From a virus: a stretch of 64,000 nucleotides of DNA. Positions 8,815 to 18,291 of this stretch are shown here, one piece after another; within the stretch, counting starts at the first letter, position 1; each line of letters opens with the position of its first letter. Both the position numbers and the translations under genes were made by a program. The notes beneath the pieces are model-generated. The model did no database searches. It had not been told where the DNA came from and worked only from the letters and a program-made list of their open reading frames with translations. The DNA lies in the IMG/VR virus record IMGVR_UViG_3300003873_000007, positions 28,281 through 92,280 of that record, one strand, 5' to 3'.

Positions 8815-11800
8815 ATGGCAATAGAATTATCATTCTCGTTATTTGAGAATGCAAATAAATTGAGAAGTGTTACAAACCCATCTTCTTTAAAAGCTGGAAA
8901 ATTTAAGTTTACAGAAGATGGATTATATTCCGAGTCTATATTTGGACCATTAAAAAATAATTCATGTTCATGTGGAGCCATTTTCTCAAAAGAAAATTTA
9001 GGAGTTCGATGTGAAACATGTGATGTATTATGTGATACAAATATGCTTCGTAGTTCCACTTTTGGAAGAATTGATTTGCCTAAAAATATATATATTATAT
9101 TACCAATTTTTCAAAACTTGTTAGGTAATATTTTCGGTCAGACTGCAATTAAAAGCATATTATCATATCAAAAATATGAAGATAATAAACAGAAGCCATA
9201 CTATTATTCGATTCAGCAACAGAAATTAGTTAAAATTAATAATTTTAAAGATAATGAAAAACGCATATTGAAAAAAGTTTATGATATAACAACACTACAT
9301 AAATTATACAGAAGTATGTTAAGAAATAAAGTTTTTAAAGAAAAGATTTTAGAACATTTATCAGATGATAGAATAGCTGATTATGTGTTTGTTAATTTTA
9401 TTCTAGTTATCCCGCCTGATTCTAGACCATTAATTCAATTAAATAAACAATATCAAGCGCATGCGATTACAGCTGCATATACTGAGATTTTAAAAAATAT
9501 CAAAAATAGTTTTATTGATAAATTGTTTCAAACAGATTCTGAAGGATTTGGACAAACAGTTTATAAGTATCAGTCAAGTATTAATAAATTATATGCTGAA
9601 ATAACTGATAAAAATTTTCAAAGAAAAAAAAGTATAGTTCGAGAATCATTAGCTGGAAAAACAGTAGAGACTTCTCAGCGAGCCACTATTGTACCGGAAC
9701 CTGTTCTTGCTCCAGGAAGCATAGCATTACATGAAGAAACTGTAAAAAAGATTTTTCAATTGGAACTTTTAAATTTTGTTAATTCTGAATATGAAAAACA
9801 AGAAAAAGATTCTAGTATTACGAACTTTGTACAAACTGTTCATAAACAAACAGCAAGTAATGGAGATATAAATATATCAGATGAGCTGTTTAAAAAATTC
9901 TTAGATGAAAAGGGTTCAGATCTAAGAATGCTATTAGAACGACCGCCTGTGCTATGGAGATATAATATTTCTGGGGCTTTACTAGGTCTAGTATATGCTG
10001 ATAATAAACACGTTGGAATTAAACAGGATCGTGTAACTGGTATGAATTCTTTAGTTGCACAAATGTATAATAGTGATTATGATGGAGATAATCTATCAGT
10101 TTATGCATTAACTAGTGAACAAGCAAAAAAAGATTTTTGGAACACCTATATGGAGAATTCAGTAGAGTTCGAACATCATAGAGGATTAATTGTAAATCCA
10201 GAACATGAAGCAATTTATGCTGCTTATATATTAAGTGTAAATGCTAACAAACGAACAATTAGAAAATATGATATTGAACAGTATGATTCATATGATGATT
10301 TTGAAGTTCAGATTGATACAATTAATCGTACCCCAGGCAGAATAGTTTCTATTGATGGAGACAAATTGCCGTATACAATCGCAGTTATAAATAAAGCATT
10401 GGGTCTAAATAAAAAGATATATGATGGAAGTTATATATTAAATAAAAAAAATTTACAAAAGCTATTAAAAGTTTTAAGAGAAAATGTTGATGATAAAGAA
10501 TTTTATACATATGTTCATAATTTTGATAAATTTTTATTAGAATGTTCAACTATAATTCAAGATTGTAATCCAACATTTGATTTAGATGACTTTGCAATTG
10601 GTAGTGATGAGATTGATAATTATAAAAAGACCTTGGTAAATGAACCTTATATAGCATTTCATCAAAACGATATTTTATTTCAAGAAATTGTTACACCTAA
10701 AGTAAAAGAAAGAGATACTAATATTTTAGCAAAAGTTTTTGATTCTGGAGCAAGAATCAAATCAGTTCAGTTATTAAAAGCTGTTTCAAATAATGGTATC
10801 CCTACGAATATTTACGGTAAAGCTTTTCAAGAAAATATTAAAAATTCATTGCTTGATGGCTTAACTAAACGTGAATTTTTTATGGGAGGAGATAGTGCTA
10901 GATTAGCATTAGCCCAACGACAGGAAGCTATTCCAAAAGGAGGAGAACTTCAGCGTAAATTTTATTATGCGACAGGATTTTTAAAATTAGACACCTTAGA
11001 CGATTGTGGATCTGATAGAGGTTTTGAGTTTAAGATACTTGATAAACAACATTTAGAATCATTGTATTCAAGGTATTATGTAACAGGTGAAGAAATTGAT
11101 ACAACAGATTTAAGTCTTATTGGCACATATGTTAATTTAAGAAGTCCAATTTATTGTGAATCTAAGAATTATAAAGTATGTAAAAAATGTTTTGGTCATA
11201 AACAACCGCAAAGTGTTGCATTAGGCGCAAGTATCGGCGCGTATATATCAGAAAGTATTATCCAAAGTGTTTTACGAACACATCACTTTTCAGGTGCTTT
11301 TATTACACAAATAAATGAAACAATGACTAAACTTATTAAAAAATTAAGATTTGTTTCACCAAATAAAATTTATTACAATGATGAAAATGACGTTTTAAAA
11401 TTGCAAGAATTACTTAATTCTTCAAAATATTATGATGATCCGAATCATGTTGAATTAATAAAAAAGGAAGATTACTATGAAATAATAATAAACGAGTTAC
11501 CATTTAATGATGATAGTGTTAAACAATTAAATAATATTGTTAGCATAATTGACAGGAATCGTGATAATGAAAACATGTTATCTCTCAATGAAATGTATAA
11601 TTTTTTATTAGATAACGTTGTGTTACCTAATGGAATTTTAAGTATTTTTATTGAATTAGTTATAGGAATATTATATTATGATGAAAATAAAGTAATGATA
11701 CGCTATAGTAAATTACCAATAGATCATCAAATTGCATTAAAAACTGTTATCGATAGATTAGATCCGAAATTATCAATCTTTCACAATTTCAGCAATAAAG

Positions 11801-11880
11801 CAATTAATAGAATATACACTACAAAAATTAAAGAGAATCTGGATCATATGTATTCAGATTTAATCTCTTGTTACCATTAA
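8815..11880 (+). CDS. rpoC: Phage multisubunit RNA polymerase beta'-like subunit
   Basis: GLYSESIFGP plus CSCG/CETC Zn site, VIPPDSRPL, catalytic NSDYDGD, bridge-helix-like ARLALAQ..GELQRK, second Zn site (DCG, RSPIYC, CKKCFG), trigger loop QSVLRTHHFSG. Confidence 0.93.
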   Translation: MAIELSFSLFENANKLRSVTNPSSLKAGKFKFTEDGLYSESIFGPLKNNSCSCGAIFSKENLGVRCETCDVLCDTNMLRSSTFGRIDLPKNIYIILPIFQNLLGNIFGQTAIKSILSYQKYEDNKQKPYYYSIQQQKLVKINNFKDNEKRILKKVYDITTLHKLYRSMLRNKVFKEKILEHLSDDRIADYVFVNFILVIPPDSRPLIQLNKQYQAHAITAAYTEILKNIKNSFIDKLFQTDSEGFGQTVYKYQSSINKLYAEITDKNFQRKKSIVRESLAGKTVETSQRATIVPEPVLAPGSIALHEETVKKIFQLELLNFVNSEYEKQEKDSSITNFVQTVHKQTASNGDINISDELFKKFLDEKGSDLRMLLERPPVLWRYNISGALLGLVYADNKHVGIKQDRVTGMNSLVAQMYNSDYDGDNLSVYALTSEQAKKDFWNTYMENSVEFEHHRGLIVNPEHEAIYAAYILSVNANKRTIRKYDIEQYDSYDDFEVQIDTINRTPGRIVSIDGDKLPYTIAVINKALGLNKKIYDGSYILNKKNLQKLLKVLRENVDDKEFYTYVHNFDKFLLECSTIIQDCNPTFDLDDFAIGSDEIDNYKKTLVNEPYIAFHQNDILFQEIVTPKVKERDTNILAKVFDSGARIKSVQLLKAVSNNGIPTNIYGKAFQENIKNSLLDGLTKREFFMGGDSARLALAQRQEAIPKGGELQRKFYYATGFLKLDTLDDCGSDRGFEFKILDKQHLESLYSRYYVTGEEIDTTDLSLIGTYVNLRSPIYCESKNYKVCKKCFGHKQPQSVALGASIGAYISESIIQSVLRTHHFSGAFITQINETMTKLIKKLRFVSPNKIYYNDENDVLKLQELLNSSKYYDDPNHVELIKKEDYYEIIINELPFNDDSVKQLNNIVSIIDRNRDNENMLSLNEMYNFLLDNVVLPNGILSIFIELVIGILYYDENKVMIRYSKLPIDHQIALKTVIDRLDPKLSIFHNFSNKAINRIYTTKIKENLDHMYSDLISCYH

Positions 11881-12069
11881 AGGAATTAAAAATGAAAGAG
11901 TTAAAAAAATTTATGAAAATTAAAGCAGTGAAACTAGTTCTACTTTTTATTATTATCGGAATGTTAGTTGTAAATTTAGGAAGTATTGCTTATTATATTT
12001 TTATTGGAGCAGTTGTTGTATTCTTTGGAATTATGGGATATTCATATTACAAAATTAAAACTTCAGGAG

Positions 12070-12096
12070 AAGAATAGGAGTTCTTCTCCTATTCTT
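12070..12096 (+). terminator. Hairpin, possible terminator
   Basis: 11-bp stem AAGAATAGGAG/CTCCTATTCTT overlapping the stop of 11868..12077. Confidence 0.5.
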
Positions 12097-12101
12097 GTCG
12101 C

Positions 12102-12695
12102 ATGATTCAAGGATTACTAATCTTTAAATTAAAAGTATTTGTCTTTATTTTGAAAGTTTTGAAAGTTTTGAAAGTATTAATTAAATTATCTATACCTTTA
12201 TTATTTATATATGGTATAATTTATTATACTTTTTATACTTTGATTGGAATCGTATTTATATTATTTTTTAAATTAAGTTATATTCTATATATAATATATA
12301 AATTTAAAAAATATGAAAATGAAATATTAGACTTGTTGTCTCAGGCATCTTTTAAAAATAATACAAAAATAGCAAAAGACTTTTTTAAATATGATCTATT
12401 TGCAAGATATATTTTAAAATTATTGCTAGATAAACAAGTAAAAGAGAAAAACGAAGCGAAGGACGGTGCATCGAAGGATGATAATCCTTCTAAAATTTTA
12501 GGAATTGATGATTGTTTTAAAATATTAAATTTAAACATATCTAATTATAACGAAAAAGATATAAAAAAAAATTGGAAGAAGTTAGCTAAAATATATCATC
12601 CTGATAAATTTCAGAATGAATATGAAAAAAATAAAGCTCAAAAAAAATTTATTGAAATAACGGAATGTAAAGATAAGTTATTGAAATCATTATAA
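12102..12695 (+). CDS. Membrane-anchored J-domain protein (DjlA-like architecture)
   Basis: Hydrophobic N-terminus; C-terminal IKKNWKKLAKIYHPDK J-domain. Confidence 0.8.
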   Translation: MIQGLLIFKLKVFVFILKVLKVLKVLIKLSIPLLFIYGIIYYTFYTLIGIVFILFFKLSYILYIIYKFKKYENEILDLLSQASFKNNTKIAKDFFKYDLFARYILKLLLDKQVKEKNEAKDGASKDDNPSKILGIDDCFKILNLNISNYNEKDIKKNWKKLAKIYHPDKFQNEYEKNKAQKKFIEITECKDKLLKSL

Positions 12696-12704
12696 AGGAT
12701 TAAT

Positions 12705-13979
12705 ATGTGTAGTTTTGTAAAAGTATATGGGAAAGCGTCAAAAGTTAAAGATATAATACCCGAAATATATGAAATGTTGAAAATAAAAGGTGGTGATGAA
12801 TCAGCTGTTATAATTGAGAGACAAAAATTTACGAGTAGAATATCATATAATAATCTACCAGAAGATAATATATGGGAAGATAATATTTCACAAATATGTT
12901 CAAATGAATCATATTATAATTTTTTCTTTTTTAGCAGATTGACTCCTGAAATGGAAGAACCCTCGACATTTAAACAGCCATACATTACATCAAATAATGA
13001 TATAGTTATGGTTCATGGTACAATACCTAGAGCAGAAGAGATTGCAAAAGAAAAAAATATTAATATCTCAGTAGATACTGAGATATTTCAGCATTTACCA
13101 TTTTATGATGCGATTGAACAAGTACAAAATACAGGTGGAAAAATTAGTGCTGTATCATTGAAACATCATTATAATTCTGGTCTAGGTTTATATAAATATT
13201 CATATAAAGATTTAGAACTTATATCTAATATAGATATCGGATATTTTAATAAAAAAGAATTACCAATCGATACAATTGATGATTCAACTATTAAATTAGT
13301 ATCTTTATATTCAGGTGGATTAGATATAACGTGTGCAACTCAAAAAGCTTTAGCTGAGAATGATTATGAATCAGCGGAATTATGGTATTTTGATTGGGGT
13401 ACGGTAGCAAATGCTGAAGAAATTAAAGCAGGTGAATTAGCAGCTAAAGAATATAGTAAGATATATTATTTGTCAGTGGATTTTAAAATCATTGATGTTA
13501 AAGATTATTTTAGTAATTTACTTGAAGTTTGTGGATTAAAAGATATTAGACTAATGAATAAAAATTCAATTGGAGCAGGTGAAGCGGAAGCTGAAGCAGC
13601 TATTTCATATGTACCTTTTAGAAATACACAACTATTAACATTAGCAGCTGCTCGATGTGAACAGCTTTATCCAAATGAATTGGTTGATATTTGTATAGGT
13701 GCAAATTTATCAGAAGGCATGATTTACTTAGATAACTCAGAAACTTTTGTAACAACAATGAGTAAGTTAGTAAAAGTTGGTGGACAAGAGTGTTCAGGTT
13801 TTAATGTAATTGCTCCATATGTTAATAGAACTAAGACAGCAATGGTTAAAGATGCGAATGAAAATCATTATTTATTATCAAGTTTTAGTTGTTATTTTCC
13901 AGTTAATGGTGAACCATGCGGAAAATGCGGTTCATGTTTACTTAAAGAAAATGCTTTAAAAAGAGCGGAAAATGATTAA
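12705..13979 (+). CDS. queC: Gat-QueC fusion (Ntn glutamine amidotransferase plus preQ0 synthase)
   Basis: N-terminal Met-Cys, KGGD, SRLTP, QP, VHGTI, DTE (Ntn-like); SGGLDI PP-loop, YVPFRN, CY...CGKCGSC Zn site. Confidence 0.85.
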   Translation: MCSFVKVYGKASKVKDIIPEIYEMLKIKGGDESAVIIERQKFTSRISYNNLPEDNIWEDNISQICSNESYYNFFFFSRLTPEMEEPSTFKQPYITSNNDIVMVHGTIPRAEEIAKEKNINISVDTEIFQHLPFYDAIEQVQNTGGKISAVSLKHHYNSGLGLYKYSYKDLELISNIDIGYFNKKELPIDTIDDSTIKLVSLYSGGLDITCATQKALAENDYESAELWYFDWGTVANAEEIKAGELAAKEYSKIYYLSVDFKIIDVKDYFSNLLEVCGLKDIRLMNKNSIGAGEAEAEAAISYVPFRNTQLLTLAAARCEQLYPNELVDICIGANLSEGMIYLDNSETFVTTMSKLVKVGGQECSGFNVIAPYVNRTKTAMVKDANENHYLLSSFSCYFPVNGEPCGKCGSCLLKENALKRAEND

Positions 13980-15113
13980 ATTAGAATTAGAAGAATTTCA
14001 AGAAATTAATAAAGATGACTTAAATTGCATCTTTGGTGAATCTGGGTCAAATAGAGAACCTGATTTTGATTATGATCAACAATGTGAATATTTATTACAT
14101 AATGATGATGAATATTCATATTTAATTAGAGAAAAGGAAGAATAATGTTTGATTCATATCCAAAAACTATACAATCGATAGAAAATAAATTAGGATGTGA
14201 TTGCTACCAATTATTAACACTTGAAGGTGATGATTTTAGTCAAATAAAAGGATTAACTGAAATAGGAAATACTTTATTAAAAGAATTTCCTAAGGTATCA
14301 TTATTTATTTCAAGTAATGCTCATGATTTTGGAACTTATTATGGCTTAGAAGTTTCTGAAAAAGATTTAGAAACAACTGATATAGAAGATCGCAGCATTG
14401 TAGTTGCAGAAGAACTTGGGTTCGAGATTTAAAGGAAAAATTATGAAAAAATATAAATATGTATTACCAGAAAGAGTTGAACATTTATTTTTAGATGATA
14501 ATATAACAGGAATAACTTACAACGGGACTCGATACAATAAGTTATTATCTAAAAAATTAAAAGAAGCTGGTGAATTATCAGAATTGGAAATATATGATGC
14601 TTTACATGATCATATTAATCTTAAAAAAGAAGATTTTCATGAAATTGTTGCAAAAGAAGATTTATTTGCAAAAAAATTAGATGAATTAATAAATGTTGTA
14701 GATGCATTATCAAATGAAGATTATGAGGATGATGTTATAGGGACATTGATTACTATTGAAAGCAATTATCGACAAACAATGTATTTTAAAAAGACTGACG
14801 TTATATGTGCAATTAATGATAATGCACAGGAAGGTATTGATAATAATCTTAGAACACATTTAAAAAATAAATTACAAGGAAATTCATTTAATTGGACAAT
14901 TGGTAAATTATATGCGGATGATTTACAACCAGTTTATAAATTTTATTATTATGATGAAAATTATCGATATAACTCATCTACTGGTGCTGGAACATTAACC
15001 GGATGGTTAACAACGGAAGAGATTGAAAAACGAGCAAAAGATAAGGCAATTATAACATTGAATGGTAATTATAAATTATCTGGCAGTTTTTTTAATAGAA
15101 TAAAAGGTTAAAT

Positions 15114-16286
15114 ATGAATTTGATTAAATTCGAACCAAAAACAGTATCAAATGACAAATGGAAAATAGTAAAAGATTTTAGACAAATGGATCATGATAAA
15201 GTTTATGATATTTTAAGAAATATGATGAGTAACATTAAAAAAATATTACCTGATAATTTTAAAAGTGAAATCAAATCAGAGGATAGCTCCAGTGATTATT
15301 TAGGAGATTCTGGCTCATATTATGAGAAACTTATAATTAAAATGGAAGCAGATAACCATGAACAGAAATTAGAATTATTATATCCAAAATTATTACAAGG
15401 TAATTATTTTATAATGAATGGTTCTTTGTATGTTCCAATTCTTTTTTTAGAAAGATCACCAATTGATGTTTTAAAAAATGAAAAGAAGGGCAATAAAATA
15501 TTTATTAATTTACTTCCTACTTTTAACTTAACTTTCAATTTTCAAAAAAATGAAGTTTTATTTAGACGAAAAACTGTTGAATTAAATACATTTATGAAAA
15601 CATTGTTTGATGAAGAATATTATCAACAGTTGGTTGATAATGATATCATTTCTCCATGCGAAATGAAAGAGAATGATAGAATTGAACATGTTTATAAAAT
15701 GATGGGGTTCCATGAGACTGATTTTTTTATAAATAAAAATCTTGAATTACATACATTTTTTGATGAATATATCATATTAGATTATTTTAGAGGAATGTTT
15801 AAAGATTATTTCGGAGTAGATAATATTCGAGATATTGTTAAATTAGTAATTAAGCATCATGTCGATGATGCTGTAATTGATATGAGCGATTTAAATAATC
15901 GTCGAATCGTTATGAATGAATATTTAATTAATCCGATTTATGAAATGTATTTAAGATTATTATATGGAGCAATTGATAAAAATGAAAAACAAGCATTTTT
16001 ACCTACTATGAATTCTAGAGTGTTAATTACATCAGGATTTAGGGGATTGATGCACGCAGGCCAGTATTTTAATATTTCTTTACCGTATACTAATCCAGTT
16101 ATAAATAAAGTATCACAAGATATTTATATTATTAATGATAGTAGAATACCAAAATCATGGACAGCAAATCATCCATCTGGTTTTGGTAAATTGTGTCCTA
16201 TTAGTGTATCAGCTCAAAAAATGGGTAGTAATCTAATTTTTACAAATGATACTCGGCTTAATTATTATGGCAGAGTTGAAGAATAG
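15114..16286 (+). CDS. rpoB: RNA polymerase beta-like subunit, N-terminal half
   Basis: GNYFIMNGSLYV, DLNNRRI, HPSGFGKLCPI (cf. HPSHYGRICPI). Confidence 0.8.
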   Translation: MNLIKFEPKTVSNDKWKIVKDFRQMDHDKVYDILRNMMSNIKKILPDNFKSEIKSEDSSSDYLGDSGSYYEKLIIKMEADNHEQKLELLYPKLLQGNYFIMNGSLYVPILFLERSPIDVLKNEKKGNKIFINLLPTFNLTFNFQKNEVLFRRKTVELNTFMKTLFDEEYYQQLVDNDIISPCEMKENDRIEHVYKMMGFHETDFFINKNLELHTFFDEYIILDYFRGMFKDYFGVDNIRDIVKLVIKHHVDDAVIDMSDLNNRRIVMNEYLINPIYEMYLRLLYGAIDKNEKQAFLPTMNSRVLITSGFRGLMHAGQYFNISLPYTNPVINKVSQDIYIINDSRIPKSWTANHPSGFGKLCPISVSAQKMGSNLIFTNDTRLNYYGRVEE

Positions 16287-17346
16287 CAAGGATCTTAAAT
16301 ATATTAAATATTTAGATAAAGCAAATAAAATACATGATGGAAAATATACATATATTTCTATAGTAAAACCAGACACTGTTTTAGAAATAAACTGTCCCAT
16401 ACATGGAATGTTTTATCAAAAATATTATAATCATATTTATAGAAAGAATGGATGTTTTGAATGTTCAAAAACTAAATTATCAACAGAAGAGTTTACTAAA
16501 CGAGCAAATATAATTCATAGGAATAAATATGATTATTCAGTTACCATTTATCAAGGACGAAAAAAAAGATTAAAAATCAAATGTTTAATACATGGCATAT
16601 TTGAAACATATGCTGAAAATCATATCGGGTCGCAAAAAAGTGGATGTCCTAAATGTGCGGATATCTCCTATAACACGGATAGTTTTATATCATTAGCTAA
16701 TAAAATTCATAAAAATAAATATAATTATATTAAAGTTAATTATAAAAACATTCGTGAAAAAATTATTATTGGATGTCCTGAACACGGAGATTTTAAACAA
16801 GACCCAAATTCACATATAAATATTAAATGTGGTTGTCCTAAATGTGCTGATACAACTTCAAATACAGACGAATTTATTAAAAAAAGTGTAATAGTCCATT
16901 ATGATAAGTACAATTATGATAAAGTACAATATACAAATGCTAAAAATAAAGTTGAAATTATTTGTGATTCTCATGGATTGTTTCATCAGACACCTAATGA
17001 TCATTTACAAGGACACGGATGTCCTAAATGCAATTCGAGTAAGGGTGAAATATATATTAAAAATATATTAGAGGCAAATGATATAAGTTTTATTGAACAA
17101 TATAAGTTTGAAGATTGTGTTAATCTAATGACGCATAAAAAATTAATATTTGATTTTTATTTACCTAAATTAAATATATGTATTGAATACGATGGTATTC
17201 AACATTTTAAACCAATCGAATATTTTGGAGGTGAAAAAGTTTTTAAACAACAACAATTAAATGATTTATATAAATCACAATATTGTGATAAATATAATAT
17301 TAAATTAATACGATTTGATTACAAGGAAAGAATATGGATAACTTAA
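16246..17346 (+). CDS. Free-standing homing endonuclease-like protein (four Cys/His repeats plus Vsr-like domain)
   Basis: Four CxxHG..GCxxC repeats; FDFYLPKLNICIEYDGIQHF; overlaps the end of beta-N. Confidence 0.75.
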   Translation: MILGLIIMAELKNSKDLKYIKYLDKANKIHDGKYTYISIVKPDTVLEINCPIHGMFYQKYYNHIYRKNGCFECSKTKLSTEEFTKRANIIHRNKYDYSVTIYQGRKKRLKIKCLIHGIFETYAENHIGSQKSGCPKCADISYNTDSFISLANKIHKNKYNYIKVNYKNIREKIIIGCPEHGDFKQDPNSHINIKCGCPKCADTTSNTDEFIKKSVIVHYDKYNYDKVQYTNAKNKVEIICDSHGLFHQTPNDHLQGHGCPKCNSSKGEIYIKNILEANDISFIEQYKFEDCVNLMTHKKLIFDFYLPKLNICIEYDGIQHFKPIEYFGGEKVFKQQQLNDLYKSQYCDKYNIKLIRFDYKERIWIT

Positions 17347-17846
17347 ATAAAAATTTTGGGAATGTCTTATATATTTTAAAACAGCATGACATTGTGCCTA
17401 AATATATAAATAAATTTATGTATTTAATAGAGTGGAAATACATTTTATTATATAATAAACGATTATTTAATTGTAAATGGGAGAGATCTCAATCAAATAT
17501 TATAGCAAAAAAAAGTGATATTATAATAAAAAACTCATCAAGTGAATCAGATGATATAATAGAAAATATTGTATTATTTACACTTGAGAAGTTAGAACGG
17601 CTTGGATATTTTGAGATAGATAGATTAGTAATGAGCACATATCCATTTATAATTAGTAATGATTTTGATACATTAGATTTATTGCATTTATCAAAAGATT
17701 ATAAAAGTATCTTAAATAGAAAAGAGAAAAAATCTTTAGAAAATGTGATTTTTGGAGATAAAACAACCTCAAATAAAAAGAATAATGTTAGTGTATTATT
17801 CTATAAAATACAAAATATATTAAAGGAAATAAAATGGACATTTTAA
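17334..17846 (+). CDS. Possible Panacea/SocA (DUF4065)-like antitoxin-domain protein
   Basis: NKFMYLIEW..Y.KRL...W and LVMSTYPF segments resemble the family pattern; the usual GP motif is not seen. Confidence 0.4.
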   Translation: MDNLNKNFGNVLYILKQHDIVPKYINKFMYLIEWKYILLYNKRLFNCKWERSQSNIIAKKSDIIIKNSSSESDDIIENIVLFTLEKLERLGYFEIDRLVMSTYPFIISNDFDTLDLLHLSKDYKSILNRKEKKSLENVIFGDKTTSNKKNNVSVLFYKIQNILKEIKWTF

Positions 17847-18291
17847 ATATGAAAAAAGCGTTTGATTTAAATGCAGAGTTAGATAGATTAAACCGTGATA
17901 TTAGAACAGCTGAAAAAATATTGGAATCTGGAGATGGATTTCATATGATTACTGAGAAAGATTTCTCAGGTTATAATTTACATATAATGTTCGATAAAGA
18001 TGGTAACTATCATCCAGTTTATAAAAAATTATTAAATGTTTATTTAGAAGAATTATCATCAAGAATTCTTGAAATACATAAAGAAATAGAATTATTATAA
18101 GGACATAAAATGTATAAATTAAAATTTTTAGGATTAATATTTTTAATATTTTTAGCAGGATTTGTCGCAGCAATTAATATATTACCATTGATAGACATAA
18201 GTCAATATCATCAAGAGCCTTATAAATCATTATTTGCAATAATAATTAGCATTTATTTAGGAATTACATTGTATGAATTAAAGGATAATTA

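Noticed and set aside
16246-18291. Group I intron joining the two beta halves
   Set aside because: The interval is filled with ORFs and has no room for an intron core; beta-C has its own RBS and a non-conserved N-terminal extension
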